Virus record (IMG/VR): IMGVR_UViG_3300017605_000087
Location: 23,173 to 87,172 of that record
Origin: a virus
Strand: one strand, 5' to 3'
Length of the DNA: 64,000 nt
Shown in pieces: positions 40,582-48,030 of the stretch. The translations under genes were made by a program, and so were the position numbers. Each line of letters begins with the position of its first letter. The first letter of the stretch is position 1. The notes below the pieces were generated by a model. It was not told the DNA's origin. It was given only the letters and a program-made list of their open reading frames with translations, and ran no database searches.

Positions 40582-40660
40582 TTTGAATTAAGTAGTAGAA
40601 CTCGATGGAGTTGCTGTGTGTACAGCAGGAGCCTTGGCTCCAATTATCAAACTATTCAAA
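40582..40660. other. Three contiguous hairpins enclosed by an outer stem
   Basis: AACTC-GATG-GAGTT, TGCTGT-GTGT-ACAGCA, GGAGC-CTTG-GCTCC; outer TTTGAAT/ATTCAAA. Confidence 0.6.
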
Positions 40661-40783
40661 TCAACATTTCACCAAATAACATCATAAACAATTCAAATCA
40701 ATCAAATTACTTAGATTACTCAAAACAATATCGAATTACATTTAATTACTCATTATTATATGGTGTATTTATTTGTTAATTTT

Positions 40784-40828
40784 CTTGTTTTTAACTATAC
40801 TATTACCTAAATTCGCATACGAATTTAG
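40784..40828 (+). promoter_or_regulatory. Degenerate sigma-A promoter overlapped by an inverted repeat
   Basis: CTTG-N20-TAAATTCG; CTAAATTCG-CATA-CGAATTTAG at 40807-40828. Confidence 0.4.
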
Positions 40829-40869
40829 TTATCCAATTATCAATTCATTTAATAACTAATTCAATAAGC

Positions 40870-41112
40870 ATGGATATAAGATACACAATAATCAATGAAA
40901 AGGGTGAACCAATACATCCTACAATAAGTATTAAGAATATTGGTGGTGTATTTATTGTACCATTAATAGGAACAGATGTATTATTTGATGATGATAGTAG
41001 ATTTCCTGAATACGTGAGAAATAAATTCTTTAGAGTATCTCATGTATTATTATATATGGGTTATCATCATACAGAAGCAACATCAATTAAACTAACTGAA
41101 ATAACATTATAA
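40870..41112 (+). CDS. Hypothetical protein
   Basis: 80 aa ORF, coupled to next gene. Confidence 0.6.
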   Translation: MDIRYTIINEKGEPIHPTISIKNIGGVFIVPLIGTDVLFDDDSRFPEYVRNKFFRVSHVLLYMGYHHTEATSIKLTEITL

Positions 41113-41113
41113 T

Positions 41114-41389
41114 ATGTGTTTAATTAAATCACTAGATGATCTAAATAAATATGGAGATTTATGTGATAAGATATATCACTTAATATCTGATGAAGATAGA
41201 CATACATTAATGTTTAATACAATGTTTGGAGATGTTAGGAAAAGTAGGTGTAATGATAATAATGAAGGACAAGAACGTTCATTAGGTGTAATATATGTTG
41301 GCTCATGGGCAGTTGAAGAAGCAGCAAAAGCATTTAAAGAAATGTATTTGAAGTATAGAGAGAAACATAAACTAACACACCCTATATAA
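41114..41389 (+). CDS. Hypothetical protein
   Basis: 91 aa ORF in packed operon. Confidence 0.6.
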   Translation: MCLIKSLDDLNKYGDLCDKIYHLISDEDRHTLMFNTMFGDVRKSRCNDNNEGQERSLGVIYVGSWAVEEAAKAFKEMYLKYREKHKLTHPI

Positions 41390-41418
41390 ATACTGTAACC
41401 AATTAAAACAACATAACA

Positions 41419-41961
41419 ATGAGAACATTCATGTATTTATTACTATTCACTATATGTGTATTAGTAATATCATTAAGAGTAAATGCACAACCCAATTTAA
41501 CAGTATTACAAATAGATACTGGTGTAGTAGCTTGTCATCAAGGTATGATAAGTATGACTATTGAAAATGATTCAATTGAAAATGTATCAGGTTTATTCAT
41601 GCTTGATTATTATAATTCCAATTGGATTAGTAGTAATGTCGATATATCTATTACAACACTAGATAGTATATTTGATATTACATTTAGTGGAATAGGTCAA
41701 ATAATGCACGATTATGATTCAATTAGAGTACAATATAGACATTATGCAAATAATGATACTATATTAATTGGATATTATGGTATACATTGTCCTAATCTGA
41801 GTATTGATGAATATTATACAAATGATATGAATATATCAAGTACAATATTATATAATATGTCAGGACAACCTATTAAAGATACTGATGCTTATAATATGTA
41901 TATCAAATTGATTACATATAGTAATGGTAAGCAGAGGTGGGAGAAAATATTAAAGCAGTAG
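41419..41961 (+). CDS. Secreted protein with Sec signal peptide and T9SS CTD-like tail
   Basis: MRTFMYLLLFTICVLVISLRVNA|Q signal; C-terminal LSIDE...LYNMSGQ...MYIK...KILKQ. Confidence 0.65.
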   Translation: MRTFMYLLLFTICVLVISLRVNAQPNLTVLQIDTGVVACHQGMISMTIENDSIENVSGLFMLDYYNSNWISSNVDISITTLDSIFDITFSGIGQIMHDYDSIRVQYRHYANNDTILIGYYGIHCPNLSIDEYYTNDMNISSTILYNMSGQPIKDTDAYNMYIKLITYSNGKQRWEKILKQ

Positions 41962-42048
41962 TTCAGAGTAGAGTGTGGTACTATAATAGCGAAAGCAATA
42001 CAGGTTAGGCCACACTTTATTATTAGTTTAACCAATAATACACATAAC

Positions 42049-42246
42049 ATGAAAAATAATGAAGAACAATCAAACATAGAAATATGTAGCAAATGTGGAC
42101 ATGAATTAATGGACTGCAATTGTACAATAGATGATAGTGATATGGATTATTATCCAGTACACATAATGAGTAGTAAAAGTATAATTATTGACAACAATAA
42201 CTTGTTAATGAATGACTACTTTAATGTACAACATCATTATCTATAA
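42049..42246 (+). CDS. Small Cys-containing hypothetical protein
   Basis: CSKCGH...CNC; conserved leader upstream. Confidence 0.55.
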   Translation: MKNNEEQSNIEICSKCGHELMDCNCTIDDSDMDYYPVHIMSSKSIIIDNNNLLMNDYFNVQHHYL

Positions 42247-42279
42247 TAATATAAGTTTAACCAATTAAAACACATAACA

Positions 42280-42525
42280 ATGAGTACAACAACCATTCAA
42301 ACAATCATACCTAAAGAGATAACTAACGATCTTGATGGTGGCGATATACAACATGCTTCATTTGGATATTATGATGGTATTGAATATGCCAAACAAAATA
42401 ATTTGAAACAAACCACAACATTTAGAGAAGTAGATGAGTTTACTCATTTTATAGTATGTTGTGGTGATGTAATGGTCAGGGTTAAATCAACAGATTATCC
42501 TGATATCCCACGAAGACAAATATAA
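42280..42525 (+). CDS. Hypothetical protein
   Basis: 81 aa; conserved leader upstream. Confidence 0.65.
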   Translation: MSTTTIQTIIPKEITNDLDGGDIQHASFGYYDGIEYAKQNNLKQTTTFREVDEFTHFIVCCGDVMVRVKSTDYPDIPRRQI

Positions 42526-42566
42526 TCCCGTTCTTACACACAGTTAAGTGGTTTAGTGATGTGATT

Positions 42567-42596
42567 GAGTGCTATGCCGTAAACATAGCACTCTTT
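42567..42596 (+). terminator. Intrinsic terminator-like hairpin
   Basis: GAGTGCTATG-CCGTAAA-CATAGCACTC-TTT. Confidence 0.65.
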
Positions 42597-42625
42597 CTTA
42601 AATTGAAACAAATAAAACAACATAT

Positions 42626-42922
42626 ATGAAATTTGTAGTTTACACAGTCGGAACAATTATCTGTTTAAATACCAACAAAAGATTAAATTCACAGGATAAA
42701 CCTGAAGGATTTAAAATGGAATTAGAAACAGATGAATTAACAGAAGCATTAGCTAAATTTCAGGAGTTACAAGATGCTAATCCACAAAATCCTGCACAGA
42801 ACCTATTAGATGAGAATAGTGATTGGGATAGCAAAGAGATGGATGAGGCAATAGAGAAAGCAAACTCTGAAAAGAAAGAAGAGGTTAAAGAAAAACCAGA
42901 GAGATCAACTGATGATAAGTAA
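42626..42922 (+). CDS. Acidic hypothetical protein
   Basis: 98 aa; A-rich leader. Confidence 0.6.
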   Translation: MKFVVYTVGTIICLNTNKRLNSQDKPEGFKMELETDELTEALAKFQELQDANPQNPAQNLLDENSDWDSKEMDEAIEKANSEKKEEVKEKPERSTDDK

Positions 42923-43361
42923 TGAACTTGAAGTTGAAATAGAAGATATTGCTGATGCCAGAGTATTTATATTAGCTGGTAATGCAATATTTACTCTAGT
43001 TGGTGAAAAGACTAGATTTACGTACAGAGTGAGAAAGAAAACTTTTAATCTTAGTAGTGAGTTCTATTATTATACAGTTGAAGTATTAACTGGAATGAAT
43101 AATAATACTGATTATACTAATATTGGAAAGATTATAGATATGGGTACAATATACAAATATACTTTAAGAAACAATGAGAAAGAAGCTCCATTAAGTGTTA
43201 GAGCATTTGCATGGTTCTTTAAAAGATTAATGTGTAAATTACCTGATATTAATAGAGTAAAATTCTATCATGTTGGAAGATGTGGTAGATGTGGAAGAAG
43301 ATTAACAACACCTGAATCAATACAAACTGGCATGGGAGAAATATGTGCTAGTAAAATGTAA
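42912..43361 (+). CDS. DUF6011-like zinc-finger protein
   Basis: FILAGNAIFT, RFTYRV and C-terminal CGRCGRRLTTPESIQTGMGEICA. Confidence 0.75.
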   Translation: MISNELEVEIEDIADARVFILAGNAIFTLVGEKTRFTYRVRKKTFNLSSEFYYYTVEVLTGMNNNTDYTNIGKIIDMGTIYKYTLRNNEKEAPLSVRAFAWFFKRLMCKLPDINRVKFYHVGRCGRCGRRLTTPESIQTGMGEICASKM

Positions 43362-43865
43362 TATGTCTGCTAGACATGTCAATGAACTATGGTGGGACAC
43401 AACACCTAGAGTAGTAATACTCTTATGAACAGCAGTTCTCGCAACCGGAACCGTTCTTTGTATATGAACCATGATATTAGCGAGGTTAGAAACTCACATG
43501 GACTGTCGATTCGTCAACAGAAGAGAAACAGAAGGACTAAATAGTTTATTTAAAATATACTTATACAATTGGCTCTCTATATTGGGATAGTGGGAGATAC
43601 GACTGCTCCACCAGAGGACAACCGTTAAGACAACCATTTAGAGTAGGAGATGATAATGTCATGGACTCCTGTGTAAGTTGCTTCACCGAATGAGTAGCTC
43701 AACTCTATTAGGTATATATGTACGATGGATATGAAGTAAATGAAGTCGTATGAAGATAGGACATATCGGTCGCACAGTTGCCTGAGAACCAACTGATGCC
43801 CATACCGATAAGTAGCGAACCTGTTATAGTGAGGTGATAAGCTATTCCTCACTTCCCTTCGGGGA
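43362..43865 (+). ncRNA. Putative large structured non-coding RNA (~500 nt), class unassigned
   Basis: No long plus-strand ORF in an otherwise packed operon; raised GC; more than 12 stems with multiway junctions; GTAA and TTCG tetraloops; ends TCCC-TTCG-GGGA. Confidence 0.7.
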
Positions 43866-43896
43866 TTAAAACGTAACCAATTAAATACATAACATA

Positions 43897-44022
43897 ATGG
43901 AAACTAGAATTAAAAAGAAAGTATCTTATAATAAAGTAGGTGTACCATTTAATGCTGGAGCTTACAGATGTATAGGAGGCACAGGAAGTGGGGTTATACC
44001 AATCTTTATTTATATGAATTAA
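43897..44022 (+). CDS. Small hypothetical protein (41 aa)
   Basis: METRIKKKVSYNKVGVPF...; conserved leader; stop 1 nt before next ATG. Confidence 0.6.
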   Translation: METRIKKKVSYNKVGVPFNAGAYRCIGGTGSGVIPIFIYMN

Positions 44023-44023
44023 T

Positions 44024-44332
44024 ATGGTAAAATGTATTTGCATAGATATTTCAGACAAGCCAGAGATTATACCTAATCACATGTGGCCTGTATTAAATAA
44101 AGAGTATCACATAACATGGATTTACTACCATACTCTACAAGGAGTTCAAGGAGTTGAACTCAAAGAGATAGCTATTGAAGGCTGTCCACCTTACGAATCA
44201 TATAGATTAACAAGATTTGCATTCACCAAAGAAGGAATAGAAGAATTAATGAAACTATTCAAACAATGTACTGATGCAAATGCTGTTGATATAGATGAAT
44301 TATTTAAAGAACTAGAAGTAATAGAAGTTTAA
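44024..44332 (+). CDS. Hypothetical phage protein
   Basis: 102 aa, MVKCICID...; coupled to upstream ORF. Confidence 0.65.
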   Translation: MVKCICIDISDKPEIIPNHMWPVLNKEYHITWIYYHTLQGVQGVELKEIAIEGCPPYESYRLTRFAFTKEGIEELMKLFKQCTDANAVDIDELFKELEVIEV

Positions 44333-44341
44333 CCGACAATT

Positions 44342-44488
44342 ATGAACAAACTAGCGCAAATGTCCAACCGAAGAGAAGAAATAGTAGTATTCTGTGCCAA
44401 AGCATTAATATTTGGTATAGTAACTACTGTTATAATAGCATTAGGAGCTGTAATGTTTATAGCATCTGCTATTTTAATCAACAATTAA
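44342..44488 (+). CDS. Small membrane protein (48 aa)
   Basis: Long hydrophobic stretch IVVFCAKALIFGIVTTVIIALGAVMFIASAIL. Confidence 0.55.
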   Translation: MNKLAQMSNRREEIVVFCAKALIFGIVTTVIIALGAVMFIASAILINN

Positions 44489-44490
44489 AT

Positions 44491-44596
44491 TACTGTTACT
44501 ATGAACCAGCGCAGAGACAGTTGGGCTGGGAATGGAGGATAACTCTTAATTGAGGACATAGGTATTACCCGTAATAAACGTATTTTATGACAAGTA
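44491..44596 (+). ncRNA. Putative small structured RNA (~105 nt)
   Basis: Intergenic nested stems TACTGTTA/TGACAAGTA, CTATG/CATAG, CCAGC/GCTGG, CTC/GAG. Confidence 0.4.
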
Positions 44597-44644
44597 GTAT
44601 ATACTCTATTTACTTTAAAGTTTAACCAATTAACACATAACAAA

Positions 44645-44755
44645 ATGAAAACAACAACCGACAAATGGATTAGGTTTACTGTTGTTCTAACATTTACATT
44701 ATTTTACCAATTATCATGTCATATAACTACTAGCGAAAGTGAGTCAATCAACTAG
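44645..44755 (+). CDS. Small membrane/lipoprotein-like peptide (36 aa)
   Basis: MKTTTDKWIRFTVVLTFTLFYQLSC...; conserved leader. Confidence 0.45.
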   Translation: MKTTTDKWIRFTVVLTFTLFYQLSCHITTSESESIN

Positions 44756-44841
44756 GACTATATCTCCGAATAATGGACACGGTTCATTAAAGAAATTGAA
44801 GGGGCATGATTATTACTCATAATTATATTATATTATTAGGT

Positions 44842-44879
44842 TAAATGGTGCATGGAAGGTAAAATACATGCACCATTTA
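44842..44879 (+). terminator. 13 bp hairpin directly before a conserved leader
   Basis: TAAATGGTGCATG-N12-CATGCACCATTTA. Confidence 0.55.
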
Positions 44880-44908
44880 TTAAAGTTTAACCAATTAAAA
44901 CACATAAC

Positions 44909-45142
44909 ATGTTAACAACCAATGGTACTTACAAAAGACTAACATTACATCAAAGAATATCTTTGAAAGGAATGATAGCAAGTCCTAAAGAAAGAGAAGT
45001 ATTGAATCATAAAACAAGAGAACAATTAGATAAAGAATTAGATGCTTTAAGAGCATATTGGTTATTATCTGATAATTTTGTTGAATCAGTAGAACTATTC
45101 TTTAGAAATGTAAAAATAGTTAGTAATCCAACACCTATGTAA
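44909..45142 (+). CDS. Hypothetical protein
   Basis: 77 aa; full-consensus leader. Confidence 0.65.
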   Translation: MLTTNGTYKRLTLHQRISLKGMIASPKEREVLNHKTREQLDKELDALRAYWLLSDNFVESVELFFRNVKIVSNPTPM

Positions 45143-45143
45143 T

Positions 45144-45548
45144 ATGAAATTAGTCGGTAAAATACTAATAATAGGAACAGTAGATAGTGGATTAATGACT
45201 ACTGAAGCAATTAAAACTGCAATGCTAGAACATAAAGCTAGTGTTGTCATAGTTGGAAAGGGAATGACAGATGCAGAAGTAGAAGCTGACGAATCTGCAA
45301 TGGAAAAGATAAGGGAATTAAAAGGTATTCCAGCATTAAATAGTATCTTAATGGAAGAAATAAATAGATTATCTTTCAAATTATCTAAATATCAACCACT
45401 AAAAGAAGTTGAATTAAAAGATATAGGTATTAAAGGAATAGCTGAGATTAAACCAACTATGGGAAAACGTCAACACAACAAGTTTCACACAAAGGTTAAC
45501 ACCAAACCTTATAAAACTGGTAAACAACACAATCATAGAAGAAGATAA
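45144..45548 (+). CDS. Hypothetical protein with basic tail
   Basis: 134 aa, coupled ORF. Confidence 0.6.
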   Translation: MKLVGKILIIGTVDSGLMTTEAIKTAMLEHKASVVIVGKGMTDAEVEADESAMEKIRELKGIPALNSILMEEINRLSFKLSKYQPLKEVELKDIGIKGIAEIKPTMGKRQHNKFHTKVNTKPYKTGKQHNHRRR

Positions 45549-45549
45549 C

Positions 45550-45804
45550 ATGAAGAAGAAACTATTAATGCTAATAGCAACGGTGTTTTATCATTTACAT
45601 AACTTTGTAGTTAGATTTGATAAGACACCGTATTTCATGCACCAAACCAGAAGATACATATTTGTTAGATGGTTAGGAAGAATAACTCTTAATACATCTA
45701 ATCAAGTATTAAATATAGCAACCACAACTAAACAAGACAAAATAAGAAGAAAACTCTATGAAGATAACTATAAATCAAATAATTCTTCTATTAGAAGTTT
45801 ATAG
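45550..45804 (+). CDS. Hypothetical protein
   Basis: 84 aa, coupled ORF. Confidence 0.5.
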   Translation: MKKKLLMLIATVFYHLHNFVVRFDKTPYFMHQTRRYIFVRWLGRITLNTSNQVLNIATTTKQDKIRRKLYEDNYKSNNSSIRSL

Positions 45805-45985
45805 AGGAACAGAAGCTCTACAATCAATGATTGGTACAAATAATGAAGATTATAAGAAATTAGTTAATCTTAAACTAATCAAAGGTAAAGAAAAAGGTGG
45901 AATAACCACTTGGAAAACTACAAAACAAGGAACAGCATTAGTTACTAATATAAAATATTTAGGATTAATGGTGATTAATATGTAA
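45758..45985 (+). CDS. Small winged-helix-like protein
   Basis: LVNLKLI...WKTTKQG resembles a wHTH wing (LTxxG). Confidence 0.45.
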   Translation: MKITINQIILLLEVYRGTEALQSMIGTNNEDYKKLVNLKLIKGKEKGGITTWKTTKQGTALVTNIKYLGLMVINM

Positions 45986-46002
45986 ACAATTAAAACAAAT
46001 AT

Positions 46003-46212
46003 ATGAACAATCAAAGAAAACCATTAATTGCTGCTAGACCTAATAAGACGGTCAACCACAACTACAATGAAGCTAAGATTGACAATCTTACAATCCAATT
46101 TGGAGTGAGTAAGACTTTCGCAAGATTAATGCTAAAGTACGAATGTAAAACTCCTGATGATTACCGAAAAATAAGGAATAAGAGGAAGAAGGAAAGAACA
46201 AAAAAGAAATAA
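46003..46212 (+). CDS. Small basic hypothetical protein
   Basis: 69 aa; degenerate leader. Confidence 0.55.
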   Translation: MNNQRKPLIAARPNKTVNHNYNEAKIDNLTIQFGVSKTFARLMLKYECKTPDDYRKIRNKRKKERTKKK

Positions 46213-46217
46213 CTAAT

Positions 46218-46430
46218 ATGAAAAAGAAACTTGTAACAATAGCTACGTATGACAAAGGTTCATGCTTAGTAGGAATGGGTTATTCAGGTGTAGAAGATGA
46301 TTCTCCAAGAGGATTTATTATATGTATTCCTGTACCACTTCCATGGATTATGGGAACATTTGTATTAGGAATTGGAGTTAAAACATTTAATAATAAAGAC
46401 AATTATGCCAAAAAGCCGAGTAAGACGTAA
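46218..46430 (+). CDS. Hypothetical protein
   Basis: 70 aa with hydrophobic segment. Confidence 0.5.
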   Translation: MKKKLVTIATYDKGSCLVGMGYSGVEDDSPRGFIICIPVPLPWIMGTFVLGIGVKTFNNKDNYAKKPSKT

Positions 46431-46608
46431 TAGAAAATTACCTAAGAGTAAATACGCCAATGCTAGACCAAAATCTACTAAAAGAGTTAAAGTAGAGATT
46501 CCAGAAGAAGAACAACGCACAATACCTGCTGTATATAGTAAGAAAGGTATTCTAATAAGACCAGAATATAAGAAAACACATAAAACAATAACACTTCACA
46601 CTTATTAA
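46405..46608 (+). CDS. Small highly basic protein
   Basis: MPKSRVRRNRKLPK...; ATG at 46405. Confidence 0.55.
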   Translation: MPKSRVRRNRKLPKSKYANARPKSTKRVKVEIPEEEQRTIPAVYSKKGILIRPEYKKTHKTITLHTY

Positions 46609-46609
46609 T

Positions 46610-46939
46610 ATGGAAAACACAGAAACAAGAGTAGATGTAAAAAGACCAATATATTTGGAAAACCTAATTGAAGCTAGTCTTAAACAAGATATTTCAGTTA
46701 GGAAAACTAATACTGAATTAGAGTTAGATTTTACAATAGCTAAAGCTGAGATGCAGAAGAAGATTGTTGAAGTAACTTTACAAATAGCTAATAAAGAAAC
46801 TGAATTAACTAGAAAAGAAAATAACATTCCATTATATCCTGATGATTGTTATGAAGTAGCTTGTGAAATAGCTCTATTAAATAACAAATTGAAGTATTTT
46901 GAGAAGTTACTAGATTCTAAATTCAATATCAATGCTTAA
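46610..46939 (+). CDS. Coiled-coil hypothetical protein
   Basis: 109 aa, coupled ORF. Confidence 0.6.
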   Translation: MENTETRVDVKRPIYLENLIEASLKQDISVRKTNTELELDFTIAKAEMQKKIVEVTLQIANKETELTRKENNIPLYPDDCYEVACEIALLNNKLKYFEKLLDSKFNINA

Positions 46940-47579
46940 AGAAGGAACATTAGTAGCTGTTAAAAATATGAAAACAGTTACACCAAATGGACAAGAACTA
47001 TTTGGAGAATGGGTATTTGCCAAAGTAGTAGCTTATGATGAAGAAAACAAACAGTATGCTTTAAACATAACAAAAGGTTTTAATGGAAGAGCTACTGGTG
47101 ATGTTAGAATAATTAAAGCTGCTGACCATGAAGTACATGATATAGTATTAGTCCATTGTTTTATCAGTATGGTAGTTCATAAAATAGCTCAATCCCATGA
47201 TAGAATAGCTGCACTCGTATCTGAAGCTGTAAAACATTATGCTGAATGGGTATTAGGAATGAATCCGAAAGAAAGAGTATGGTATCCAATAAGAAGTAGA
47301 AATGAATTAAAACAATTCATATTTACATTAGATACTTTAGCTAAAGCAAGAGCAACAAGGAGAGAAAGACAGATGGGGATGGTTATGGAATGGATGAAGG
47401 AACAAGAAGAAGCTAAAGATTTTGGTAATATGGTACATGAACTGTGGACTGATTATATTAATAAGGGTAAATTGGAAACAATAGAGATAAAGAAAGGAAC
47501 TTATAAAATTAATCAATGTGAGTGTGGCGCACCAATTTATAGAGCATCTCAGGACAAGAGGTTATTAATAACCCTATAA
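46932..47579 (+). CDS. Hypothetical protein
   Basis: 215 aa; C-terminal CECG. Confidence 0.6.
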   Translation: MLKEGTLVAVKNMKTVTPNGQELFGEWVFAKVVAYDEENKQYALNITKGFNGRATGDVRIIKAADHEVHDIVLVHCFISMVVHKIAQSHDRIAALVSEAVKHYAEWVLGMNPKERVWYPIRSRNELKQFIFTLDTLAKARATRRERQMGMVMEWMKEQEEAKDFGNMVHELWTDYINKGKLETIEIKKGTYKINQCECGAPIYRASQDKRLLITL

Positions 47580-47607
47580 ATAAACTATGCGATTATTTTG
47601 TTAAATA

Positions 47608-47639
47608 TTTGCATATCTATCAGTAAATCCGTATATTAG
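47608..47639 (+). promoter_or_regulatory. Host sigma-A promoter, probably giving a near-leaderless mRNA
   Basis: TTTG-N20-TATATTAG, 6 nt before ATG 47646. Confidence 0.55.
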
Positions 47640-47645
47640 CACCTT

Positions 47646-48011
47646 ATGTCTTTAACCATCTATGTATTAAGAAAGTATGAGAATAGCCGAAGAATTGACT
47701 TAGAACTTATTGCTAAAGTAATAAGACTCCCACTATCTGCTGTAAGAAATAACAAAGCAATGGGGATATATCTAATAGATGTATTTGGTAATAAGTTACA
47801 ATCAAACGTTGTAACAGTATTAGGACTTGAAAAGAGTTACGAGGAATACTATGAATTATTTCTAGCATATCTTGAACGTAACAGAGAAAATGAAATACTA
47901 GAAAATCAATATGGAAAAGTATATAATGGGGCTGATTTCATTACAGTAACAGAATCATGCCGACTTTTATTACCACACGAAGTAGATAGTAAAGGTCAAT
48001 TTATTGTTTAA
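47646..48011 (+). CDS. Hypothetical protein
   Basis: 121 aa after promoter. Confidence 0.6.
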   Translation: MSLTIYVLRKYENSRRIDLELIAKVIRLPLSAVRNNKAMGIYLIDVFGNKLQSNVVTVLGLEKSYEEYYELFLAYLERNRENEILENQYGKVYNGADFITVTESCRLLLPHEVDSKGQFIV

Positions 48012-48030
48012 CCATTTAATACTTAAAATT

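Larger units (their letters stand above)
40033..44911 (+). repeat. Dispersed conserved leader (GTT)TAACCAATTAAAACACATAACA-ATG
   Basis: Copies start at 40033, 41396, 42029, 42258, 43874, 44623 and 44888, each 20-23 nt before an ATG; degenerate copies at 42603, 44330, 45983 and 48009. Confidence 0.85.

Noticed and set aside
43590-43613. ...CTCCACCA resembling a tRNA/tmRNA 3' end
   Set aside because: No TTCRA T-loop at the right distance and no matching acceptor 5' strand; explained as an internal stem
43625-44058. Minus-strand ORFs 43625-43852 and 43849-44058
   Set aside because: Oppose the operon direction, overlap the structured element and better-supported plus-strand ORFs, no protein motifs
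44755-44765. Minus-strand AGATATAGTCC resembling a group I intron S element
   Set aside because: No partner GACTA (P7) at a plausible distance and no interrupted gene
40033-44911. CRISPR array reading of the repeated leader motif
   Set aside because: Spacing is irregular (hundreds to over 1000 nt), the intervals are genes, the repeat is not palindromic, no cas genes
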